This document shows, in pieces, positions 51,337 to 60,501 of a stretch of DNA of 64,000 nucleotides. This DNA is from Escherichia phage RCS47, in the sequence record NC_042128.1; one strand, 5' to 3'. Within the stretch, counting starts at the first letter, position 1. Every line of letters begins with the position of its first letter. The position numbers and the translations under genes are program-made. The notes under the pieces were generated by a model that was not told the DNA's origin, searched no databases, and saw only the letters and a program-made list of their open reading frames with translations.

Positions 51337-51876
51337 CTACCACCAACTGCTAGCTTTCTTCTCTCTAGCTTTTCCTTCGCTTTGCAGTAAATCTTTACTT
51401 CCTGTAGAAATATTTCTATTTGCATCAGCCTCAGACTGAATTACATCTGTCTTAGCTGCTCTCTCCTTCAACTCCTGCTCTATAAAATCGTTTTCTCGCT
51501 GGACACGAGCCGCTTTTGCTTGCAGTTCGAGTTTCATGCTTTCGAGTTGCAGCTTGCGAAGCTCATCCTCATAAGCTTGATCTCGCTTCTTGTCATTTGC
51601 TAGCTCGGCTTCTCGTTTTGCTCTACGTTCATTTTCTGCAGCAACACGCTGTTTTTCGCGTGCAGCAGCGGCAGATGCTGCTTTTTCTCTTCTAATACGT
51701 TCAGCTTGTGCTTGTTGGCGAATAAGTTCTTTTCTGGCATCCTCAGCTTGCTGCTCTTTAGCTCGCCCTTCATTTTCCGCTTGAGCAATAGCAGCAATTT
51801 GACTTTGCAACGAGTTAGCCAAGGCAGTGCCTACACTAAACGTAGAAAAGATTAGAAATAAAATAATTTTATTCAT
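51337..51876 (-). CDS. secreted coiled-coil protein
   Basis: 179 aa; signal peptide MNKIILFLIFSTFSVGTALA; Ala/Glu/Arg/Lys-rich; AT-rich codons. Confidence 0.5.
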   Translation of the reverse strand: MNKIILFLIFSTFSVGTALANSLQSQIAAIAQAENEGRAKEQQAEDARKELIRQQAQAERIRREKAASAAAAREKQRVAAENERRAKREAELANDKKRDQAYEDELRKLQLESMKLELQAKAARVQRENDFIEQELKERAAKTDVIQSEADANRNISTGSKDLLQSEGKAREKKASSWW

Positions 51877-51879
51877 AAA

Positions 51880-52392
51880 TTATTTCTTTTCTGGACAAGT
51901 AGCATTTGGCTGAATTCGAGTTTCATTATCTTTAGTTGAAATAAGCACAGCAAGCCCCGTTGTAAACTGGCATGCTTTACCAACTTGAGTTGAAGTGAAC
52001 ACCTTAGTTCCTTCTTTATAAGTCAGTGAAACACCTTCAACAATTGTTTTATCACTAACCAAAGAACCAGCCGCTGCACCAAGAGCCGCACCACCAGTAC
52101 CGCCAGCTACAGCACCCAGTGTCGATGTGCCTTTAACATTATAACCGGCAACGCCCCCAGCAACAGCTCCCAGTACCGCACCAAATGTCTGTGCCGCTTC
52201 TTTATTAGCTTTATTATCAACTTTCACTTTAGCTGGAAGCACAGAGATAATATTGACTGTCTTTGTTTCCTGCTTCGAATTCAATTGAGCGGTATCATAA
52301 ACATCGGCAGCATAATCAGCACCGCTAGATTGACACCCAGAAAGAAGAATTGCAGATACAACAAGAGCGCATAAAGTATACTTTTTAGACAT
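51880..52392 (-). CDS. glycine-zipper lipoprotein
   Basis: lipobox LLSGC after signal peptide; GAVLGAVAGGVAGY...GAVAGGTGGAALGAAAG glycine zipper. Confidence 0.55.
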   Translation of the reverse strand: MSKKYTLCALVVSAILLSGCQSSGADYAADVYDTAQLNSKQETKTVNIISVLPAKVKVDNKANKEAAQTFGAVLGAVAGGVAGYNVKGTSTLGAVAGGTGGAALGAAAGSLVSDKTIVEGVSLTYKEGTKVFTSTQVGKACQFTTGLAVLISTKDNETRIQPNATCPEKK

Positions 52393-52683
52393 AAGAATCA
52401 TCCAAGAAAAACAAAAACCGGCGAGAAGTTACCACGAGAACGGAAAGTAAACAAGAATACTCCCATTGACTTATATCAATTAATCAACTTTTTATAAGCA
52501 ACCCCTAACTTATTGTGTATAGCTGAAAAGTCAGAGACAAGTTCACCATCTGCATTATTTCTTAAGTTAATAGTTTATTGCTAACTTAATTTATGTATCG
52601 ACTATTGATATCCATCTTAAAGTAACAATATCCCTCTGCATTATTTTTCATCACAAATAATACTTCTATTGCACGACACTCAT

Positions 52684-52699
52684 CTGCTCTAATAAATTT
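52684..52699. promoter_or_regulatory. C1 operator-like site upstream of immI
   Basis: CTGCTCTAATAAATTT. Confidence 0.55.
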
Positions 52700-53013
52700 G
52701 TATTTTTAAGTCGTGAATGCTATCTTTTCGCATCATATTGACCTTTTAATCGTTCAGGCTTATAGTTTCGCCGTCGTAGCAAATTCTGCGACCGGGTTTA
52801 GCAGCCTGAATGATTGTGCGGACAGCCGCAGATATCCGATATTGCGGTATTTTTGTGTCCGTAAAACCGCGTTACGCCCAAATTATGGTGGGGCGTGATG
52901 GGGAGGCTTCGGCCTGCTGGTTTCACAATCGCCAGTCTGCTAACCCCGTCACGTCCTGCCACCTGTTTAGCAGCGGGTAGCAGGTTGTTAAACCTGATTG
53001 TGAGGCCGTAACT

Positions 53014-53235
53014 ATGGTTAATGCCAATCCTTGCGCACGCCAAGAATTCATCTGGCGTTTCTATTCCTGTAAAAAACACCACTATCACTTCGTTATCGCA
53101 GCAACAGAAGACGAAGCACGCTCTCAATTGCCTGATGGCCCCTGCATTTTTACTGCCCGTTTTTCAACTAACTCGCGCAATTCACTTAGTTACTGGAGCC
53201 TCCCCTTCTCTGCCGACGTTCAGGGGGGTTTATGA
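53014..53235 (+). CDS. icd: Icd-like cell division inhibitor
   Basis: 73 aa, ATG after TGAGG, overlaps ant start by 4 nt as in P1. Confidence 0.55.
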   Translation: MVNANPCARQEFIWRFYSCKKHHYHFVIAATEDEARSQLPDGPCIFTARFSTNSRNSLSYWSLPFSADVQGGL

Positions 53236-54266
53236 AAACACCTCTCGTCACCCGTAATGAAATAGCCGAAGCGATCGCCTTGCATACAATCTGTATGCCG
53301 ACACGGGAGATCCCCGGCGCAATTGCCAACTATTTCATGATAACCAGGCGTTTTTATACCCGAACAGATAAGGCTGTGATCAACAGGCTACTGATAGCCG
53401 AGATCAGGGATTATTTGATTGAACAAGGACGTCTACGTTACGCAACAGTGGCAGCAGAAATGAGAAAGGAGGCACATAGAATGACCGGTAATAATTTAAA
53501 TGTTGAAAAACCAGCACCTGTTGCTTCAGCTACGCCAGCACCAGCCCTGAATGTCATCCCCAACACCGGAGACACAATCGACAGCCAAACATTGTTGAAG
53601 ATGGTCAATGAGGCACGGAAATTATGTAGCGAAAAACCAGTTCGCAACAATGATTTCATTGCCAGAGTTAAGGATGAGCTTGAAGGAGAAACCTACGAAA
53701 TTTTCGTAGGTCAAAAAAACGGCGCAGAAATAGATATTATAACCATGACCTACAAACAAGCCCTGCGAGTTGCCGCGCGCGAGTCAAAAGCGGTCCGCCG
53801 TTCGCTGATCGACAAACTGGAAGAATTACAGCAGGCAAACTCCCCTACCCCATCGATCCCCCAGACATTACCAGAAGCCCTACGCCTGGCTGCCGAGTTA
53901 GCAGAACAGAAAATGCAGTTGGAACAACAGCTGGTGGCCGCAGCCCCTAAAGTCGATTTTGCCGACCGGGTATCAGTGGCCAATGGAATCCTGATCGGGA
54001 ACTTTGCAAAGGTCGTTGGACTTAAGCAAAACGCCCTTTTCTCATGGTTGCGCCAGAATGGCATTCTCATGGCTTTTGGAGCGCGCAAAAACGTACCGCG
54101 CCAACAGTACATCAACGCCGGGTATTTCACGTTGAAAGAAGTGGTGCTGGATGATGAAAATGGCTACCAGATACGGCTGACGCCCCAATTAACGGGTAAA
54201 GGCCAGCAGTGGTTAACTCGCAAGCTACTTGATGCTGGTTTGTTAAAACCAGTAGCAATAGGTTAA
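53232..54266 (+). CDS. ant: Ant antirepressor
   Basis: 344 aa; C-terminal antirepressor domain shared with KilA (...GNFAKVVGLKQNALFSWLRQNGIL...). Confidence 0.75.
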   Translation: MKTPLVTRNEIAEAIALHTICMPTREIPGAIANYFMITRRFYTRTDKAVINRLLIAEIRDYLIEQGRLRYATVAAEMRKEAHRMTGNNLNVEKPAPVASATPAPALNVIPNTGDTIDSQTLLKMVNEARKLCSEKPVRNNDFIARVKDELEGETYEIFVGQKNGAEIDIITMTYKQALRVAARESKAVRRSLIDKLEELQQANSPTPSIPQTLPEALRLAAELAEQKMQLEQQLVAAAPKVDFADRVSVANGILIGNFAKVVGLKQNALFSWLRQNGILMAFGARKNVPRQQYINAGYFTLKEVVLDDENGYQIRLTPQLTGKGQQWLTRKLLDAGLLKPVAIG

Positions 54267-54276
54267 CAAAAGAAAA

Positions 54277-54303
54277 AACCTGCCAGCAAACTGGCAGGTT
54301 TCT
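54277..54303 (+). terminator. rho-independent terminator after ant
   Basis: AACCTGCCAG-CAAA-CTGGCAGGTT followed by TCT. Confidence 0.6.
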
Positions 54304-54343
54304 GAGCAGATCGACCAACCCGATCTGGATCGAGTCAGAAAAA

Positions 54344-54360
54344 TTTGCTCTAATAAATTT
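54344..54360. promoter_or_regulatory. C1 operator-like site upstream of kilA-repL
   Basis: TTTGCTCTAATAAATTT. Confidence 0.6.
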
Positions 54361-54429
54361 CGTTTTCTAAGTGCAAAGAATCACCATTTCGAGCTGGTGA
54401 TTGAAGGTTGATGCAAATTTGGAGAAAAA

Positions 54430-55230
54430 ATGCAACAAACATTCAATGCGGATATGAATATATCAAACCTTCATCAAAATGTCGATCCTTCAACCACTCT
54501 GCCCGTTATTTGTGGTGTTGAAATTACGACCGACCGCGCTGGCCGTTACAACCTTAATGCTCTACACAGAGCGAGCGGACTCGGTGCCCATAAAGCGCCA
54601 GCTCAATGGCTAAGAACGCTGTCAGCTAAACAGCTCATCGAAGAGCTTGAAAAAGAAACTATGCAGAATTGCATAGTTTCGTTCGAAGGCCGTGGCGGCG
54701 GCACTTTTGCCCATGAATTGCTCGCAGTGGAGTACGCTGGTTGGATTTCTCCCGCGTTTCGGCTGAAGGTAAACCAGACATTTATCGACTATCGAGCCGG
54801 AAGATTACAACCTGCTATTCCGCAGAGTCTCCCTGAAGCTCTCCGTTTGGCTGCCGACCTGGCAGAGCAAAAGCAACGGCTGGAACAAAAAATGCTTATG
54901 GATGCACCTAAAGTCGAATTCGCCGAACGCGTTGCTACCGCCAGCGGGGTTCTAATCGGCAACTATGCCAAAGTGCTCGGTCTGGGCCAAAACTATCTCT
55001 TCACCTGGTTGCGTGATAACGGAATTCTGATCGCAACCGGTGAACGCAGGAACGTCCCCAAACAAGAATACATATCCCGTGGGTATTTCACCCTTAAAGA
55101 AACCGTGATCGATACAAGCAATGGAAGCAGGATTTCTTTCACGACTCGTATAACCGGCAAAGGTCAGCAGTGGCTGATGAAGCGATTGCTTGATACTGGT
55201 GTGCTGGTACCTGTCGCGGCAACGCGCTAA
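54430..55230 (+). CDS. kilA: KilA
   Basis: 266 aa; N-terminal KilA-N-like region plus C-terminal domain paralogous to Ant. Confidence 0.7.
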   Translation: MQQTFNADMNISNLHQNVDPSTTLPVICGVEITTDRAGRYNLNALHRASGLGAHKAPAQWLRTLSAKQLIEELEKETMQNCIVSFEGRGGGTFAHELLAVEYAGWISPAFRLKVNQTFIDYRAGRLQPAIPQSLPEALRLAADLAEQKQRLEQKMLMDAPKVEFAERVATASGVLIGNYAKVLGLGQNYLFTWLRDNGILIATGERRNVPKQEYISRGYFTLKETVIDTSNGSRISFTTRITGKGQQWLMKRLLDTGVLVPVAATR

Positions 55231-55259
55231 CAGACGTAGTAAGAACCACCAGCATTGTA

Positions 55260-56105
55260 ATGCTGGCTAAAGTCACTTTCCTGAGCTGTATAACGATGAG
55301 CGATTTTACTTTTTCTGGCTATGAATTGGCCTGCTTTGTAACACACTCCGGTCTATCCCGTAGCGCCGGGCATATCCTGTCGCAATGTGCAAATCTCGCG
55401 GCAACAACCAGTGAATACTTCATTCACAAGCCTCACCGCCTGATCGCGGCAGAAACTGGTTATAGCCAATCAACCGTCGTTCGTGCATTCCGTGAAGCTG
55501 TAAACAAAGGAATCCTGTCTGTAGAGATTGTTATCGGCGATCACCGTGAACGTCGCGCTAACCTGTACCGGTTTACACCATCCTTTTTGGCCTTCGCACA
55601 ACAAGCCAAAAATGCGCTGATTGAAAGCAAATTAAAGATCTCTTCAGCGGCAACCAAGGTTAAAGCTGTTCTCGCTAAGACATTGGCTTTATTTAATTTT
55701 TTATCCACATCCCCATGTCAAAATGATACCCCCTCCCCCTGTCAGGATGACGTGGCAATAAAGAATAAGAAGTCACAAGTTAAAAAAACAAAAAGATCAG
55801 TTTCCGACGGTGCCGGAACGTCCAGACTCAAAAAATTGACTTCGTGGATCGCTGAGGCAAAAGCAAAAGCTGACAATCTGCGGTTATCCAAAAAACGCGC
55901 TCAAAAACATGAGTTCAAGCAGAAAGTAGAGGCGGCAGCGCGGAAATATGCTTACCTGAAGAACAAGCGTTCTCCTGATATTGGCGGGATATCAAACTTC
56001 GATAATCTGCCGCATTGCATGACGGTAAACGAAGCTCTTAATGCGGTTTTAGCCAAAAATAAAGATAACGAACAATGGGGTATACCGGCAGGATTCAGAG
56101 GGTGA
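55260..56105 (+). CDS. repL: RepL lytic replication initiator
   Basis: 281 aa directly after kilA. Confidence 0.65.
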   Translation: MLAKVTFLSCITMSDFTFSGYELACFVTHSGLSRSAGHILSQCANLAATTSEYFIHKPHRLIAAETGYSQSTVVRAFREAVNKGILSVEIVIGDHRERRANLYRFTPSFLAFAQQAKNALIESKLKISSAATKVKAVLAKTLALFNFLSTSPCQNDTPSPCQDDVAIKNKKSQVKKTKRSVSDGAGTSRLKKLTSWIAEAKAKADNLRLSKKRAQKHEFKQKVEAAARKYAYLKNKRSPDIGGISNFDNLPHCMTVNEALNAVLAKNKDNEQWGIPAGFRG

Positions 56106-56139
56106 TAGATTGCTCTAATCTGGAGTCACCTGGCGTTTT

Positions 56140-57470
56140 CAGCGAAAAACCGCCGAGAACCCTCGCCCAATGCGGGCGGGGAGGAAAGGCGGAAAAGCCC
56201 GAAGGGCTTTAAAAATATTATTACGGTGTTAGCATAAAAACCTGTACCAATGAGCGGTGACTATGTTAAGAGCAACAAAAGTACGCATCTACCCGACACC
56301 AGAACAGGCTGAATTTATCAACGCCCAGTTCGGTGCAGTGCGTTTTGTGTACAACAAAGCTCTGCATATCAAGAAACATTCTTACCAGCGGCACCGCGTA
56401 AATTTAAACCCGCGTAAAGACCTCAAACCACTGCTTGCAGTGGCGAAGAAATCCCGCCGGTATGGATGGCTTAAAGAATATGATTCTATTGCGTTGCAGC
56501 AGGCGGTAATTAACCTCGACGTGGCTTTTTCTAACTTTTTCAATCCGAAACTGAAAGCAGGTAAACCTACCTTTAAAAGTAAACACGGCAGACAATCTAG
56601 CTATCATTGTGTTGGCATAAAAGTCCTTGATGGTGCGATAAAAATACCGAAAATCTTGCCGATTGAAGCGCGTTTACATCGTGAAATTACGGGAATGCTG
56701 AAAAGTATCACGTTGAGCCGCAGCGCAACCGGGAAATACTACGCGTCGTTACTCTGTGACGACGGGATGGAAGCGCCGGCAAAGCCCGCACTGATATCAA
56801 ATGTGACAGGGCTGGATATGGGGCTGGCGCATTTTGTCATCAAATCGGACGGCAATAAAATTGCCAGTCCCCGCCACCTAATCAATGCAAGTCGCAACCT
56901 GCGCCGGAAGCAGAAAGCACTGTCCCGTAAGAAAAAAGGGAGCGCAAACAGGCGCAAAGCCAGAATACAACTTGCAGCCGTTCACGAACGGGTAGCCAGT
57001 GCCCGTGCCGATTTCCAGCACAAGTTATCTCGCGCAATTGTTGACGAAAACCAAGCGGTAATTGTCGAAACATTGAAAACGGCAAATATGATGAAAAATC
57101 ACCATCTGGCTCGTGCGATAGGCGATGCTGGATGGTCTGGATTCATCACAAAACTGGAATACAAAGCAACAGAGAAAGGTGTGCATCTGGTGAAACTGGA
57201 TCAATGGTTCGCCAGTTCGAAAACCTGCCACTGCTGCGGTCACAAAATGTCGGAGATGCCATTACATAAGCGCATCTGGCAGTGTCCAGAGTGTGGAGTT
57301 GAACATGACCGCGATATCAATGCGGCGCTCAACATCAAACGCAAGGGCATACTGGAATTACAAGCGGCGGGACTCGTCGTTTCTGCCCATGGAGGCCAGC
57401 GTAAATCCGTCACACAGACGGTTGCGGCTTAAGAAGTGGGAAGCCTCGCCCGACAGGGCGGGGAGCAGTC
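56140..57470 (+). mobile_element. second TnpB-only IS200/IS605-family element (boundaries approximate)
   Basis: near-identical hairpins CTCGCCC-N5/4-GGGCGGG at 56162-56180 and 57445-57462 bracket the tnpB ORF. Confidence 0.6.
56263..57432 (+). CDS. tnpB: TnpB RNA-guided endonuclease family protein (different subfamily from 31230-32438)
   Basis: 389 aa from ATG 56263; MLRATKVRIYPTPEQ..., C-terminal CHCCGH...CPECG zinc finger. Confidence 0.85.
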   Translation: MLRATKVRIYPTPEQAEFINAQFGAVRFVYNKALHIKKHSYQRHRVNLNPRKDLKPLLAVAKKSRRYGWLKEYDSIALQQAVINLDVAFSNFFNPKLKAGKPTFKSKHGRQSSYHCVGIKVLDGAIKIPKILPIEARLHREITGMLKSITLSRSATGKYYASLLCDDGMEAPAKPALISNVTGLDMGLAHFVIKSDGNKIASPRHLINASRNLRRKQKALSRKKKGSANRRKARIQLAAVHERVASARADFQHKLSRAIVDENQAVIVETLKTANMMKNHHLARAIGDAGWSGFITKLEYKATEKGVHLVKLDQWFASSKTCHCCGHKMSEMPLHKRIWQCPECGVEHDRDINAALNIKRKGILELQAAGLVVSAHGGQRKSVTQTVAA

Positions 57471-57770
57471 ACTATGGATTTTCTTTGGCGCGGTCTGGCC
57501 ATTAGGGGTCATGTTTGCTGCAACGTTTCTTCTGATGTGGATATTCACCCTTCCAGGTGATTTCTATAGAAAAAAAGCCAGACATTGATACACCCGCTGC
57601 GGTGTGCTTGAGGCTATCTGCTTCAGGCATTCCCCGAAAAGCAGATAGAAGAAAGCCCCAGTAAACATTATGCGTCCCGCACAACGCTTAACATTAACCG
57701 GGGCCATACCTATGCTTAGCGTGCTTAGATTAATCCTCTCCTCTGTCAAGGAGCAAGGAATTTTTTACTG

Positions 57771-58403
57771 CTATGCCGCCTTTCCAGTTATGGATTCAGC
57801 GACCAGAACAACCCCATGCTTACTTCGATCTGGGTGTTCACTCCATATCTCGGATTCAGGAATACTTACCCCGTCATAGCAAACACGTTCGCCGTCAAAC
57901 GGGTAATACTGAGCGGCATCGGTGTCGAGGATAAACACTTTTAGCTCGGAAGAGCGACGGGCGATATGTTGCCAAAGAGCTTTTCCACCTTCGTATTGCT
58001 CATTATCACTGAGCAAAACAACACCAGCTTTTGAGGCTACGGTTTCGTAAACAAAAGTAGCTAAACCGACATCCCGGACAGTTCCATCAACCACGATACC
58101 TTCAATCTGGGCAACATCGCTATCCTCCCAGAACTTCCTTACCAGTACGCCTTCAAGCTGCGGGCGACGTTGAAGTTCAAGAGTAGCGACAACCTTATGC
58201 CGCATATCACCATCGATAACAGAAGGCGCAGCCTCTATTACAGCTGCAAATGGGGTTTTGGAATCCCATATAACCTGGTAAAGCACACCCTGGATGGTAA
58301 CTCCGTCCAGGATCGAAAATCGACGAGCGACAGTACCCGGGGAGTACGACATTGGAATCACAGCCATTTTAGAGTCCCCCTTTAACAGTACAGGCACAAA
58401 CAT
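57771..58403 (-). CDS. hypothetical phage protein (PmgF position)
   Basis: 210-aa ORF; synteny only. Confidence 0.35.
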   Translation of the reverse strand: MFVPVLLKGDSKMAVIPMSYSPGTVARRFSILDGVTIQGVLYQVIWDSKTPFAAVIEAAPSVIDGDMRHKVVATLELQRRPQLEGVLVRKFWEDSDVAQIEGIVVDGTVRDVGLATFVYETVASKAGVVLLSDNEQYEGGKALWQHIARRSSELKVFILDTDAAQYYPFDGERVCYDGVSIPESEIWSEHPDRSKHGVVLVAESITGKAA

Positions 58404-58538
58404 CTACCTCAATAATTGTAGTTTATTAGAACATTAATAATCTAACATAAAACTCCAGACAATGTTATCGATGCATTTTTATATAAAATAGTTATAAAAA
58501 AAGCTCCCGAAGGAGCTTTAAAATACAAGGGATGACTC

Positions 58539-59048
58539 TTAATCCCACTCAATCCAGTTGTAGACGATACGAAGTGACGGGCGCACAGCGGCAGTCACAT
58601 CTTCGGTACTAAAGTCGATTGCATCACTGTAGATTTTGCAGTCCAACATTTCAATTGTTGTAGCAGCTTTTGTCACAGCGTTAACCCCGGAAGATTTGGA
58701 TTCAGGGGTAGCAGCCATCGTGATATCAACATAGTCCTTCGCCGCAATGCGATCCTTAATGAACTGAAGAATATCGCCTTCGATAGTCTCCACGCACTGG
58801 ACCTGGATTTCCCCAGAGTTTCGAATTGGTCCGTGCTGGTTGAACTTCACACCATTCGGACCATAGTCCTCCACATCCTCGCGAGTCATTTCAGGGATTT
58901 GCGACGTACGAACAAGTACACTGATATCTTCATAGCCTGCAAAAGTGAGCTGGAATTCAGAAGATACCAGTCGTTCGCCTTTGGCCGCGTTGGCAGTATA
59001 GCGGCCCTTAATAAATTTACGGTTTCCCTTAGTGTTATTGTGCCCCAT
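58539..59048 (-). CDS. late structural protein (BplB position)
   Basis: 169 aa; synteny only. Confidence 0.35.
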   Translation of the reverse strand: MGHNNTKGNRKFIKGRYTANAAKGERLVSSEFQLTFAGYEDISVLVRTSQIPEMTREDVEDYGPNGVKFNQHGPIRNSGEIQVQCVETIEGDILQFIKDRIAAKDYVDITMAATPESKSSGVNAVTKAATTIEMLDCKIYSDAIDFSTEDVTAAVRPSLRIVYNWIEWD

Positions 59049-59059
59049 ATAAAATCCTT

Positions 59060-59641
59060 TTACTGGAACGCCCGAACAATATCGGAGCTGTTATATATCG
59101 AAGAACCGGTCAACTGGAGGTTGACGGTGTTTTTCAGGAAATATCCATTACTGTCCCTTGGCGCATCGAGATCAAAACTTAAGTCCTGGATAGCGACATC
59201 GGTGATGTTGATCCGGCGACCAATGTTTAGCGTCACACGTTCCGGGATTCGACCACCAACATTGGCCGCTTTTAGTTCCGGGCTAATCATGGCTGTCAAC
59301 GCGGCGATAGCGCCTGAAACTTCAATGAATGGATTGTTCAAAGCAATGAAAGTTACGGGCAGCGTGAACGTCGGCGGTGTCCCCCCTTCCCAAACCATTA
59401 AGCTGTTCCAACGGGCAACCGACGTTGTTTCAGTACCTACTTGCACAAACCCCCCCAGAGCGCCAGAAACAGACCCCATGGACATACCAGTAAACGGTGC
59501 TTCCCAATTCTGGGCCATGTTCATTGCCGCCCCCTGGCTGATATATCCGGTAACCTGGTACTGAGAGTTCGTTAAAGTAACTTTCAGAAATGGCGATACA
59601 CCATCAGCCTGGCTGTAAACCCCATAAGGTATAGGTGCCAT
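59060..59641 (-). CDS. late structural protein (PmgG position)
   Basis: 193 aa; synteny only. Confidence 0.35.
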   Translation of the reverse strand: MAPIPYGVYSQADGVSPFLKVTLTNSQYQVTGYISQGAAMNMAQNWEAPFTGMSMGSVSGALGGFVQVGTETTSVARWNSLMVWEGGTPPTFTLPVTFIALNNPFIEVSGAIAALTAMISPELKAANVGGRIPERVTLNIGRRINITDVAIQDLSFDLDAPRDSNGYFLKNTVNLQLTGSSIYNSSDIVRAFQ

Positions 59642-59676
59642 TCAAGTTAAAGGCCGGAGTTCTCCGGCCTCCTCCT

Positions 59677-60492
59677 TTAGCCAAGGCGCTTACGGCGCAG
59701 TTTCATTGACTTTTTGCGGGCAAGTTTTGCCGCACCGGTCTGGGCTTTTCGACGCGCTTTTTTCAGCGCCGATTTTTGAGCCGCAGTCAGACGTTTTTTA
59801 CGCAGGCGTTTACGGATGAGTTTGATCTCACCGTTACGAACAACCTTCTTAAATGCTTCAGTCAGCATTTCATCAGAAGTGCCAGCAACAACAAACGCCG
59901 CTTCCAGTTCGTCACGATCGTCGCTATCTAAACCAGCGATAGAGGCACCAACATCAGCAGCTGCGTCGTCGTCTTCATCGTCAGCCAGTGCTTCGATCAG
60001 GTCATCATCTACACCGCATGCTGCGAGGAAGTCAGCAACATTTGCCCATGCTTCGTTATAGGCATCGTCCTGTTCTTCTGTAACTTCGGAGTCGTCGTCA
60101 TCAGAGATACCAGCGATAGCCTGAACGAAACCATCAAGGGAGTCGAAAGTCAGATCACCGCTATCAGCCCAGGCGAAAACGGCGTCGGCCGCATCACTCA
60201 ACGCATTCTGCATAGCACTTCGATTTGCAGCTTCCAGAATCATCTGGTGCGCCTGTTCAACGGTCCATTCTTTACCTTCTTTCCCTTCCAGGATTTGCCC
60301 AGGAGCCTGGTCAGGTTGAACGTTCTCGTTAATCTGTGCCGCCGGTTCCGGATTATTATTAATAACCGGATCTGTTGGCGGTTCGGCGCTTGCCCGGGCA
60401 GACTCCATCAGCTGCACAGGATCAGAATTCAAAGCGAAACGGGACAGTCCATTCCCCAAAAATGCCCCGGATTGAAAAAAGTTTTTGCTCAT
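59677..60492 (-). CDS. late protein with acidic core and basic C-terminus (gene 21 position)
   Basis: 271 aa; synteny only. Confidence 0.35.
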   Translation of the reverse strand: MSKNFFQSGAFLGNGLSRFALNSDPVQLMESARASAEPPTDPVINNNPEPAAQINENVQPDQAPGQILEGKEGKEWTVEQAHQMILEAANRSAMQNALSDAADAVFAWADSGDLTFDSLDGFVQAIAGISDDDDSEVTEEQDDAYNEAWANVADFLAACGVDDDLIEALADDEDDDAAADVGASIAGLDSDDRDELEAAFVVAGTSDEMLTEAFKKVVRNGEIKLIRKRLRKKRLTAAQKSALKKARRKAQTGAAKLARKKSMKLRRKRLG

Positions 60493-60501
60493 TGTATTCC
60501 C

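Noticed and set aside
57433-57770. rlfA/rlfB-like genes expected after repL
   Set aside because: No ORF of suitable size or strand is present; the space is taken by the TnpB element and ~300 bp of noncoding DNA.
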